NCBI RefSeq assembly: GCF_006345805.1 | Contig: NC_042999.1 | Span: 11,718,001 to 11,782,000 of the forward strand | Reading direction: 5' to 3' | DNA from: Octopus sinensis | Lineage: Eukaryota | Length of the DNA: 64,000 nt | In this document: positions 24,659 through 36,080 of the stretch, piece after piece | Layout: each line of letters opens with the position of its first letter | Position numbering within the stretch: position 1 is the stretch's first letter | Translations under genes and position numbers: made by a program | The notes under the pieces: generated by a model | What the model saw: only the letters and a program-made list of their open reading frames with translations | Databases searched by the model: none | What the model was told of the DNA's origin: nothing

Positions 24659-25660
24659 AGGTTGAGTAAAAAGTAACGTTTTGAACCATGAAGAATTTGT
24701 ACCGGAAATGGAACTGTCAAAGCGCGATATTCGAGCAATTTCGCTATTCAACTTCAAAGAAGGAAGTAAAGCAGCTGAAACTGCTCGCGATGCCAACGAA
24801 ACGTTTTGGTTGGGAAATGACCAGTGAGTGGTCAGCCCGAAAATTGTTTAAATAATTTTGCAGTGGAGACCAGAGCTTTGAAGATCGTAAGCATAGTGGA
24901 CCCCCATCTGTCATTGAGAAAGATCCACGTAAAACCACTCGAGGACTGGCAAAAGAACTTCAAGTTATCCAGAAAATTGTCTGCAACCATTTGTATGCAA
25001 TTGGGAAATCAAAAAAGCTCCACACGATTTGAGTGAAAATCGGAAAATTTGTTGGTCGCTTCTTCTTTGTAACCAGACCCATCCATTTCTTGACCATATT
25101 GCAATTTGTGATGAAAAGTGGATTCTGTAAAATAATAAAAAACGGTCTTTGCAGTGGTTGGACCAAAATGAAGCACCGAACTCTTCAAAAAGAAGCTTAT
25201 GTTGACTGGTGGTGTACACTTGGACTCATCCCTTATAACTTCTTAAAAAACCCGGAAAACCATTACTACAGAAACATATCGTTATGGAATTTCCAAAATG
25301 AACGAAAAACTGCCTCTCCTCCATCCCAGACTGGTCAATCCCAGAAGAGGGTCAATCATTCGTCATAACAATACTCGAATTACACGTTTCACTAATGACG
25401 CTCCACAAATTGAGGGAACTTTTGGCCCCGAAGTTCTTCCCCACCCAGCTTGTTCGGCAGACCATTCTTCCTACCGAATACCACTTTTTCAAGCACTTTG
25501 GTGGTTTCCCGCGAGAGAAGGAGTTCAAAGAACAAACCGATGCTGAAAGTGTAGTCAAAGAGTTTGTCAACTCCAGAACCCCAGATTTTAATGTTACCAG
25601 AATAAACAAACGTGTAAATTCGTTGGCAAAAATGTGTTTTAAATAATGGTACTTACTTTG
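24659..25660 (+). mobile_element. Decayed mariner (Mos1/SETMAR-like) element
   Basis: MELSKRDIRAI..FKEGSKAAETAR, ICDEKWIL, PHPACS and KCVLNNGTYFD fragments in shifting frames. Confidence 0.8.
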
Positions 25661-25744
25661 ATGGATCCCGTGCAAGAGGTGGGCTTTTCAAATTCCATCT
25701 CGGTCCAAGTGTCTCTTCGGTATAATTCAGCACTGAATATAATC
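25657..25744 (-). other. Candidate 88-nt exon whose donor lies in the mariner C-terminus
   Basis: tttaacag acceptor, AAA/gtaagt donor; two frames open. Confidence 0.25.
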
Positions 25745-26094
25745 CTGTTAAATTTTAAATTGAATTGAGGATAAAATGTAGATAAGAAATTATTAAGTAG
25801 TCAGTGGGAAAACTATATAAGGAAACAATTTATAATTATTCCCTTCAAATACATTTAAAACCCGCCCCTTACATGGATGTAAAAGGGTGTCGTCTGGATT
25901 ATGTGCGATTACAATGAAATCATGATTTGCGGTTGAATTTGTTTTTTAAGGGACGGCTTTTCCCAAGTTGCATTCCCTCGCTGTCGGTACACTGGGTATT
26001 TATTACGGTAGTTCTGACTTTAAGAGTCCCTCATAGCGTGAGGCATTTATGTGTAGTAATGCCCTTAATATAATATGTATATATATGTGTGTCT

Positions 26095-26285
26095 GTGTAC
26101 CCCCATCATCGATTGACAACCGATGCTGGTGTGTTTACGTCCCCGTAACTTAGCGGTTCGGCAAAAGACACCGATAGAACAAGTATTAGGCTTACAAAGA
26201 ATAAGTTCTGGGGTCGATTTGTTCGATTAAAAGGCGTTGCCCCAGCATGGCCGCAGTCAAAGGACTGAAACAAGTAAAAGAAAAG
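26095..26285 (+). mobile_element. SINE 3' portion, CpG-intact copy
   Basis: Same family as 5640-5850; 11 CpG retained. Confidence 0.75.
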
Positions 26286-27197
26286 AATTTGCATCTATTA
26301 AATATTCTCTTTTAATTCAATATTGTTTTTTTATTCTTGTCCTTTTTATTCTTTTTTTACACATAAACCTTATATTTCAAGAGGCCAAGGGTCATACAAC
26401 GAGGCAATGCGATTTCCTGAATGACACCCGACTTTACTAAATTTAGTAAAGTTTATGAAGTTGATTAAAATTAACTAAATTAAATGCTATTAACGTAGTA
26501 ATATTAGATATTAATAATTTTATAATTACTCTTTAAAATAATATATAAACATATCAGATTCATCTCTGGAACTATATATAAAAACAATCTCAGTCATTCA
26601 CTAAACTATTTTCTGGTTCTTGGAGAACTTGACACGTGCAGAAATAAACTTGGCTCTGGCGGAGTCTCTATGTGGTCACTCGAACTGCTAGAAGTAGCAG
26701 TTAATTCTCCCTTAACTCACACTCTACTGTCTTAAAAGAGAATATTTTCTTGTGTCTGCAAATCAGTCAATGTAGTTTGTATGTATGTATGTGTGTGTGT
26801 ACGCGCCTCTGTATGTCCGTTCATGTATGTATATGTGTGTGTGTGTGTGTATGTCCGTCCGTCTATGTATATATGTATGTATGTGTGTGTGTGTGTGAGT
26901 CAATGTATGTCTGTGTCTGCTTGTCTTGGCATCAGAATGCAACTTGTAAATGACTGTCTCTGGTCACTCAAGCTCTACAAGAACATATCTGGCCATGGGA
27001 AAATATTACCTTGCTCGGAAACAAGTGAAGATTGGCAACAGGAAGGACATTCAGCCATGGAAAATTTGTCTCAGTAAACTCCATGGAACAGTTCTATTTT
27101 TAAGAGATGAGGAATTATTTACATTATTTACAAATGACGGATTTTTGTCCTCATCTTGTTAGTTGTTAACACGTTTTGGCTGATCTTGGGGAAAAAA

Positions 27198-27243
27198 GAC
27201 ACCTGATGAAGGCTGGAGAGTATATCAGACGAAACGTTGTGTT
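27198..27243 (+). ncRNA. Minimal type I hammerhead ribozyme motif
   Basis: gacac CTGATGA a ggctg-gagagtatat-cagac GAAAC GTT gtgtt; stem I gacac/gtgtt, AACGTT palindrome in place of helix III. Confidence 0.65.
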
Positions 27244-27650
27244 AACAACAAACAAGATGAGGATAAATATCTGTAAAATGTAAACAATGTAAATAATGAA
27301 CTCCATGCAAATATGGGAAAGTGGAGAGTGAACAATGATGACGATGGTGGTGGTGGTGGTGGGGACGATGGTGGTGGTGGTGGTGGTGGTGGTGGTGGTG
27401 ATGGTAGTGGTGGTGGTGGAGGTGGTGGTGGTGGTGGAGGCGATTGAGTAGAGTAAAGTAAAATAATTAAAAACTTCTAGATGGCTGTAACAAGAGAAAT
27501 TAGGTTCAACTAGATTTTAGTTATGAAAGATCCAACTTGGTTTTCTAAGACATATTCCCAGAAGAAAAGAGAAAGTGCCGTGAAATGATTACAGGTAGGG
27601 CGATGGAGAGGAGAATGGCGGGGTTTCAATTAGTCTGTCGGTCATGGAAT

Positions 27651-27822
27651 CAGTGACGTGGCCGAGACGTAGCAATTGGGGCTTTCCACACCCGGTGACA
27701 TTTTTATGAGGGTGACACTTTTTGGGTCTCCTATATAAATCTGTATAATGGTGGGACCCTAGAAAGGGGTGGGAGAAAACAAACTTATGGGTTGCCACGG
27801 GTGGCAACACTTTACGTCACTG
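27651..27822. mobile_element. hAT-type MITE, 172 bp
   Basis: cagtgacgt/acgtcactg TIRs; 8-bp TSD catggaat/catggagt. Confidence 0.75.
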
Positions 27823-27915
27823 CATGGAGTCTGGTGACGCCGGACGGGGAGGCCTCCACCCGATTGCCATCCGAGGCCCGAAAATAACCTTGTGACGCCT
27901 AGTAAGATTTCTTAC

Positions 27916-27974
27916 GAGATGCTCTGGATGTAGGCATATATCTCCTCCATTCGACTAGAAATACAGAAGGATGT
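27916..27974 (-). CDS. Candidate exon or first exon (HPSVFLVEWRRYMPTSRAS, or MEEIYAYIQSI in another frame)
   Basis: Strong CTC/gtaaga donor; several pyrimidine-rich acceptors; CpG-rich context. Confidence 0.3.
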
Positions 27975-28505
27975 CTGTTGGACGAAAGAGAGAGAAATCT
28001 AGAGAAATGGCGATGGTAGCGGGGAAAGGGTAGAAGTTGTTGGGGGGAAGATGTCATTTTAATGTTGTTGAGAAGCAGAGAACCGTTTGCAGAAGATAAT
28101 GACATAGGTGTGGTCGAGGTAGATAATAAGAAAACGTAACCAATCTTCATTCTGTTATAGAATGAGGTAAAAACCTGTGGAAACTTATCTCCAACAATCT
28201 ATGAACGAGCTGAGTGTCTGACAGAAAAATCTCGACTTTTATCTCGACTTTTCTTATTTATTTATTAACTTATCTTGTTGTTTATTTATCTACTTATTTG
28301 TTTATTTATTGTGTTTATTATTTATTTACTAATTTTTTCTGAAATCTATTTTTTCCATCGTCCTAAGGTTTTTCTCTTATTTCACGCTCTTCCCCTCCCT
28401 CCTTCCTTCGTACCCCCCCCCCACACACATGCATCTATGTATGAGTATACACACACACACACATCCGAATACACGAATACGCCTAAACACACACACACAC
28501 ACACA

Positions 28506-28546
<41 letters not shown>

Positions 28547-28696
28547 GCCAATTTCTTCACTCTCCAATTTCTTTGCTTTTCTCCTTCTTTTTCTCCATCC
28601 CTATCATTGTGTGTGCATGTGCTTGTCTACATGTTACCCTTGTGTGTGTGTGAGGATGAATGTAGTTATTTATCTTTGCGTGTATGCGTGTGTGTG

Positions 28697-28736
<40 letters not shown>

Positions 28737-29046
28737 AATGAAAGATGTTTATCTGAATTGTCAAAACAACGTTTGGTTACCAAGTTCACGTCGAATCCCC
28801 CCCCCCCCCCGCCAACCAAACTCTTCCCAGTCTGTTTCCTAAATTCTCTCCCACCTATTTTATTGAAGACATGTTCTTTTTTCCTCATTTCGCTTCCCTC
28901 ACCTTCCCTTGCAAAGTGGCGTATGTTTTATAATCTCTTACGCTAAACCGAGGAGCCACTCCGAGAATTTCAAATTTCTTCACACGATATATACACGTCA
29001 AATGTATGTATGTATATGTATAGGTGTCTATGTGATGTATGTGAGA

Positions 29047-29077
<31 letters not shown>

Positions 29078-29125
29078 TGTATGTATGTATGTATAAATAT
29101 ATATATATATATGTATATATATATG

Positions 29126-29211
<86 letters not shown>

Positions 29212-29311
29212 ATATAAGTTCAGCAAAATTTAGATTCAAATGAATATGGTACTTAATTTTGTATGGTAAGAATTTGGTATGGTATTATCCATATAAATCA
29301 AATGGGGTGAT

Positions 29312-29589
29312 TATAATCAAAATAAGCAACAAGGATATCCAAGGTAGCGTAGTACAATCGTTTCATGCTACTTCATTTTATTAAATACTGTAAGTATTAC
29401 ATCAGTTTTAAAATGTCGGGCAATCTTCAGCCACATACAGAATTTTTCAATTGAAAAATTCTGTATGTGGCTGAAGATTGCTCGACATTTTAAAACTGAT
29501 GTAATACTTACAGTATTTAATAAAATGAAGTAGCATGAAACGATTGTACTACGCTACCTTGGATATCCTTGTTGCTTATTTTGATTATA
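29312..29589. repeat. Spacerless palindrome with 139-bp arms
   Basis: Centre caattg at 29450/29451; one mismatch between arms. Confidence 0.9.
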
Positions 29590-29760
29590 TATATATATAT
29601 GTGTGAAGTATATTTGCCATCTCAATATGGCTAACCACTAAGGGTGGATGTTACTGTAGCTTGTAGCCCCAGGAGAACATCTTCTCCAGAGAGAGAGATA
29701 TACACACACACACACACACATATATATGTGTGTGTGTGTGTGCTTGTGTGTATCTCTCTT

Positions 29761-29794
<34 letters not shown>

Positions 29795-29796
29795 CA

Positions 29797-31029
29797 CAGG
29801 GGTTGGGCAAAATAATGGAAACATCTTAAAATTTCAAGCAAATTAATTCTAACATATGGTAGGACCGCCTTTGGCAGTAATTACAGCTTGATTTTTACAA
29901 GGTATGGACTCGTACAAAGTTTGAATTGTTCCCAAAGGAATTTTTAGTCCATTTTCAGCTAAAACAGTCTCCAGTTCTTGTAGTGATGATAGTGGAGGAT
30001 ATTGACTCCTTACTTGTTTTTCTAAAATGCACCATAAATGTTCAATAATATTGAGATCTGGGGACTGTGGTGGCCAGATAAGATGTTCATCTTCATTAGA
30101 ATGTTCTTCGTGCCATTCAGTGACAAATTTAGCTGTGTGAATCGGTGCATTATCATCCTGAAAGATTGCATTTCTGTCCGGAAGCAGTTCCGCAGCCATA
30201 GGATGAAATTGATCAGATAAAATGCTTAAATAGTCTTGACTATTAATTCTGCCATGAAGGGAAGCCATTGGGCTGGCGGACTTCCAAGATATAGCCCTCC
30301 AGATCATCACAGATCCTCCTCCATGTTTAACAGTTGGAAGAAGGCAGTCTGGGTTAAATGCTTCTTTTGGCTGTCTCCACACATATACTTGACCGGTGGT
30401 CGGAAATAAGGTGAAGGATGCTCTATGACCAATTCTGTAGGTTTTAACTCCACTCTAAACGCATTGCAACGTTTGTTTTTGAAAGTAGTGGTTTTCTGAT
30501 TGCAGCCCTCCCATGAAATCCGGCTTTGTGCAGCTTCCAGCAAACAGTTTTTATGGAAACTTGGTTCTCAAGGTGGTCGTTAAATTCTGCAGTAATTCTG
30601 GGACCTGTACTTTTGTGATCCTTTCTAACAATTCGCAGAAGAGTCCAACGGTCCCTATCTGAAAGTTTTGGTTTTCTTCCAGAGTTTTGTTTCAATGAGG
30701 AGGTTTTTCCCTCTTTCTCAAAAGCTTTCATTACGTTCAAGACAGTACTTCTTGATACACCAAACATTTTGGCTGTTTTCCTTATGCTAGCGCCTGCCAT
30801 ACGAGCACCAACAATTCAACCTCTTTGAAAGTCCGAAAGATCTGTCATTTTAATGAATTTTAATTACCTTTTTCTGATGATATCTGAAAAAAACACCCGC
30901 TTTTTTAGCAAAACATATTAAGCAACACTAATAATAAATGAAAAAACATCAAAATAAACAAGCTTTTGACGGTTTTACAGATATTTCAAAATTATGATGC
31001 TAGGTGTTTCCATTATTTTGCCCAACCCC

Positions 31030-31031
<2 letters not shown>
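29797..31031 (-). mobile_element. Near full-length Tc1-like transposon with DD36E spacing, frameshifted
   Basis: 27-bp perfect TIRs caggggttgggcaaaataatggaaaca, TA at the right flank; transposase in ORFs 30444-30800 and 29849-30382. Confidence 0.92.
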
Positions 31032-31111
<80 letters not shown>

Positions 31112-31180
31112 TGTATATATGTATGTATGTATGTATATATATGTATATATATGTATGTATATATATTTATGTGTATATAT

Positions 31181-31934
31181 ATATAAAACTGAGAATGTGT
31201 GTCTGTCTGTGTGTTTCCCTAAAACTTGAGAACTACACAACCAATTTCATTCAAATTTTACACATGCCTTACTTAGGGTCCGGGGAGTGTCATCGGCAAA
31301 AATAATTTTAAACTTTTTGCCTAGGACAAGCCCACAGCAATATCATATCTTCTCCACTACGATTCCCTAAAACTTGAGAACTACACAACTAATTTCATTC
31401 AAATTTTACACATGCCTTACTCAGGGTCCATGTACTTTCATGGGCAAAAAAAATGTTCAACTTCTTGCCTAGGGCGAGCCCATAGCAATATCATATCTTC
31501 TCTGAGGCGGTAAATTCGCCACAATAGAAGCAAGGTTTGAGTCAACGGAGCGTGCAAGGGAGTACTCGACTCGAACCTTGCAAAGTGGAAATATTTTATT
31601 TTTACCTTTGTATCTGGGACGTAGGACGTCCCGGATAAAAATTTAAAATATCCCCCCTGATGTAGAGGTAGGCTGGATTGTAGCCACACTTCTATACAAG
31701 AGGGAGGACAAGATCCAATTGATCGAAATTATAAGAGACGGGCCTACAATTCCAGTCTGTTATATATTTTGAGTATTGTTATCACTAGCGATATCAAGAT
31801 ATAACTTTGTATTTTGTATTTTATGTGTAGATGTATATATATATATAGAAGTACACGTAATATGTACACATATATATACACATATATACATGCACTAGCA
31901 CTATGACCCGGCAACGACGGGTCATAATGCTAGT
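31181..31934 (+). mobile_element. Non-autonomous Helitron-like element
   Basis: Starts in a TA run, has an internal tandem duplication of about 148 bp, ends in a GC-rich hairpin (31894-31934) finishing CTAG-t. Confidence 0.55.
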
Positions 31935-32402
31935 ATATATATATATATATATATAATATATATATATATATGTATGTATGTATGCGTATATCTATATATA
32001 TATAGAGATATATGTATATATATATACATATATGCATACATACATACATATATATATATATTTCACTACCTCCACGCTCCACGGCACCACACCATCATCA
32101 TCATCATCATCAATGCTGGCATGGGTCAAACATTTCGACAGGATCAGATGGGTCCAAGGACAGCACCAAGGTCCACCATTGGGTTTGGCATGGTTTCTAT
32201 GGCTGGTTGTGAATGCCTTCCCTAATGCCAACCACTTTGCAGAATGTTTTGGCTGCTATTTCCATGGCACCAGCACAAATGAGGAGTCTTCAGTTGGCTG
32301 GCAAGTAGAGCGGGAGGCAGTTTTTGTACGATGGAATGTAGAGTATGAGAAGAGCGGCCAGAAGAGAACAGGTTTCTTTTTGTGGAAGAGCTATCTTACT
32401 TT

Positions 32403-32437
<35 letters not shown>

Positions 32438-32604
32438 GGTGTACATGAAGTACAATCATTGCTAGAAATAGCAGCCAGTAAGTTTACAGCACTATGTAGA
32501 GATTCACTGAATATTTACAGGCAGAGATTGTGTGTGTGCGATGAATATAGGAAAATTCTGTCTTACTTCTACAGAGACCGTTAGAGGAATAAAGGATAAC
32601 TCAC

Positions 32605-32744
32605 TTCTGCAGTTTCAAACTGTTCAGATCTCGTTCTTGAGCATGAATCTGATTGGTTGAGTCTACCGTGGATGACCAAATCTTGAAATATCCATTACAT
32701 CTCTGCCTGCTTACTCGGCTGATAACCCCAGTTATAATCAGAAC
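32605..32744 (-). CDS. Host-gene exon VLIITGVISRVSRQRCNGYFKIWSSTVDSTNQIHAQERDLNSLKLQ
   Basis: 140 nt, gatttag/gtgagt; open only in phase 0, which matches the preceding exon. Confidence 0.65.
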
Positions 32745-33052
32745 CTAAATCAGTGAATTCTACCAATATGGTGCTTTATTCTTGCTGGATATTAATATTA
32801 TTTTAATGATATTTATATTTTCATGTGTGTTTATTCTACTTGATAGAAATGGTATTGACATCTTTGTCAAATCATACATTCTTGTCTTAAATGAAGAACA
32901 CATTGGATAATGTAATCCTAGATACACTTATGTCTGTTGTAAAAGACTGGATTGTCACAGCAAGAATGTCTGTGGGAGACGGAAGTTCAATGAAGCTAAA
33001 CAACAACAGCAATAACCAAACAGAAAATATTACTGATACTTCTACTGCTGCT

Positions 33053-33083
<31 letters not shown>

Positions 33084-33739
33084 ATGAGGAGGAGGAGGAG
33101 GAGGAGGAGGACAACACCACCACTTCTACATTAAAGATGGTGGCCACTAATCCAGAATCTGCTTTCATCTTTGCATTTTCTCTCATTTTCGTTGTTATTT
33201 TTCCCTTTTTGTCATTTCTTACATTTGGGCAATTTTTACGCAGTGACTGCAAGAAGCCTATAATTTTCGCAACAATTTTATAAATTGCCCCAGTTTGAAG
33301 AAATGCTTGGTTTGAAGTTGCTGACATTTCTCTGAGGTTTTGGAGTTTTGATGCTTAATTTTCCTCAAAAGGCAGAAACAGGAATCTTTGATTGAGAGAA
33401 ATAAAATTATAGATTGTGTGTTTTAAGACAAACCTCATCAATTGAGGCAAATCAAATGAAATAAATAAATAAATAAAATAAGATAAAAAGAAAGTTAAAC
33501 AAGTCAAAGAAGCTAGTTTCTCACAAAATGGACCAAGGAGAATTTACCATAAAATATCAACAATTTTAGTGGCATTTAATCTTTTAATTAATCAAAGACA
33601 AAATTTTTATGATTATGAAAACAGTTGAAGACAAAAGAAATGTTAGAATTTCTCACATCACAGATTTTTCGTTCTTGGAGATCTGCAATGAATATGTTTA
33701 TGATGATGATGATGATGGTGGCGGTGGTGGTTTCCAATT

Positions 33740-33940
33740 TTGGTGCAGGGGCTGCAATTTCAGAAGGAGAGTAAGTTGATTACATCCACCCTTTTCTTCA
33801 ACTGGGGCTTATTTTATCGATCCTGGAAGGACAAAGGACAAAGTTGACCTCAGTGGAATTTGAACTCAGAATGTAAGGAACTGAAGAAATGCAGCTAAGC
33901 ATTTTGTCAAATGTGCTAACGATTCTGCCATCTCACAACC
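33740..33940 (-). mobile_element. SINE, 19190 family
   Basis: Reverse-complement match. Confidence 0.65.
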
Positions 33941-33989
33941 TTAATAATAATGATGACGATGATGCTGGCAGCGGCGGCAACAATGACAA

Positions 33990-34770
33990 CGACAACAACA
34001 ATACAGTGTAAGATGATAGATTTGGAATTGCTGATGATAGCAGAGCCAATACCAAAGACATTGAAAAAATTGAGAAATACCAAGATCTGGCCAGAGAGCT
34101 GAGAAGACTGTAGAAGAAGAAGACAGCAATTACTCATGCAAGAAATGGTGCACTTGGCACAGCAGCCAAAATGCTGCCTAAAAGACTGAAGGAAATTGGA
34201 ATTGAAACTTGCATTGTTGACCTGCTGCAGAAAAGCACCATCATATATTCTGCAAGAATCCCCCGCAAAGAAAGATACATGAGATTTGAAGAGATTTGTT
34301 GTCACCAAATCTCAAGATAAAATACCTGCCAACACTAAATTGGCATGCACTAGCGAAATGATGATGATGATGATGATGATGGAATAGGAAGCCAGACATA
34401 GTCTTAATTGAGAAAGAAAACAAACTATGCTGGATAATAGATATAAGCATGCCCAGCTGACAGCAAGGTATGCAATAAGGAAGAAAGAAAAGTATAGAGA
34501 TATGAGAGGTTAGCTTGGAAAGTTAAGCAGTTGTGGTCAATGAAAAAGGTAGAACTGGGAACAGTGAGTAAAAATATCAAGAGGTATGTGGAACAAATAG
34601 GGGCTGCAATAAGGGTAGAGCACTTGCAGAAAACAGCACTGCTTGGAACTGCTTGAATACTCTGGAAGGTGCTCGAAAAATAAGAGGTGTTATCTTAATT
34701 CACTGGTAGTGAACAGCTGACACTGCAGTACATCTCCAATGTTAGAAGCTGTGCAAAGGCAATAAAATAA
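33990..34770 (+). mobile_element. Two decayed Dong/R4-like 3' fragments in tandem
   Basis: EKIEKYQDL..EL and RPDIVLIEK..CWIID..LQKTALLGT remnants separated by (GAT)n. Confidence 0.6.
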
Positions 34771-35328
34771 TGATGATGATGATGATGATAGGTTAGCTGA
34801 GTTAGAGGTTAAAATAACCGTCTAAGAGATTGAAGTATCCATTATATTACCTATGTCCAACCAAGAGTATACATATGCAAACATATTATGTTCCTAAATT
34901 ATAGATAAAGACATGGATAAACATGAGTTTATCAAGAATCAAAATTTAAAGCAAACAAAAAATGGAGAAATATTGATGAACAAAAATTCACTTTCATCAA
35001 TTATTACTTATCAATTCAATACAAATAGACTGGATCCCATCTAACAGCTGTTTCTGCCTCCAGTGTTGCCATTGATATACTAAAAATATTTTATTGTCAG
35101 AAAGAAACAGATGTGAAAATAGAGGGTTGGACATAAATGTTTCTGTTGCTATAGCAACACAAGATTTTTTATAGTAATAAATAGGAAATTAATATATGTT
35201 GCATTTGTTTAAGATGGTAGGAATCTAGTTTAGTGAAGAATGATATCCACCTGGTGATGGATTCTTGCAAAACGATGAAGTTTAACATGGAATACTTTGT
35301 GACAGACACAAACCCTCACAACCCTCAC

Positions 35329-35489
35329 ATCAAAGTTTGGAGTCAAATGTCCAAGACCAGATGGGAATGGTAAAAATGTGATGAGATAATTGGGAAGACT
35401 GATTTGATGTTGAGCTTTGTGAGATGATCTCAACTTATTCTTCCGATCCTTTAAATAACCAAACAATCCACGGAAATGCAGGGTTTCAC
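35329..35489 (-). CDS. Host-gene exon GETLHFRGLFGYLKDRKNKLRSSHKAQHQISLPNYLITFLPFPSGLGHLTPNFD
   Basis: 161 nt, ttacag/gtgagg, phase 1 to 0. Confidence 0.75.
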
Positions 35490-35589
35490 CTGTAATTACA
35501 AGGAAATATTAACAAATCGTCCAGCACAGCCTTTATTCAACCATCTTGGTTCTACATATCAAAGATAAGGTATTGATATGTTGTATAGA

Positions 35590-36080
35590 CCCGACTTGGT
35601 TGTGTGGTTGAGAAGCTTGCTTCCCAACCATTTGGTCTCAGGTTCAGTCCCACTGCGTGGCACCTAGGGCAAGTGTCTTCTACTCTAATCCCAGGCCAAT
35701 CAAAACCTTGTGAGTGGATTTTTTAAATAGAAATTAAAAGAAGCTCATCGCATGTGTGTGTATATGTGTGTGTGTTTCTGTATGTATGTGTGTATGTGTC
35801 TGTGTCTGTGTGCATGTGTGTATGTGTAGCATGTGTGGCGTGTGTGTAGCCTTGACTTGACATCAGCTGATGGCTGTAAACAAGCATCACCATCATACAA
35901 GTGAGGTTGTTCCTTTCCAGTCTTCAGTGGGAAACATGTCTGGCCACAGGGAAATATTTCTTTGCTTGAAAACAGGTGAGGGTTGGCAGCAGGAGGAGCA
36001 CCTGGCCAGAGAAGATCTGCCTCAACAAATTCTGTCTGACCCATGCAAGCCAAGCATGAAAATATTAGACATTAAATGAT
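35590..36080 (+). mobile_element. tRNA-derived SINE with internal (TG)n and RTE-like tail
   Basis: gtgtggttgagaagcttgcttcccaacca..ggttcagtcccactgcg head; ccatgcaagc..atgatg tail. Confidence 0.65.

Noticed and set aside
32891-33350. Acidic 130-aa ORF or an extra host exon
   Set aside because: The acidic stretch is GAT/GAG microsatellite; no acceptor gives the required phase 0
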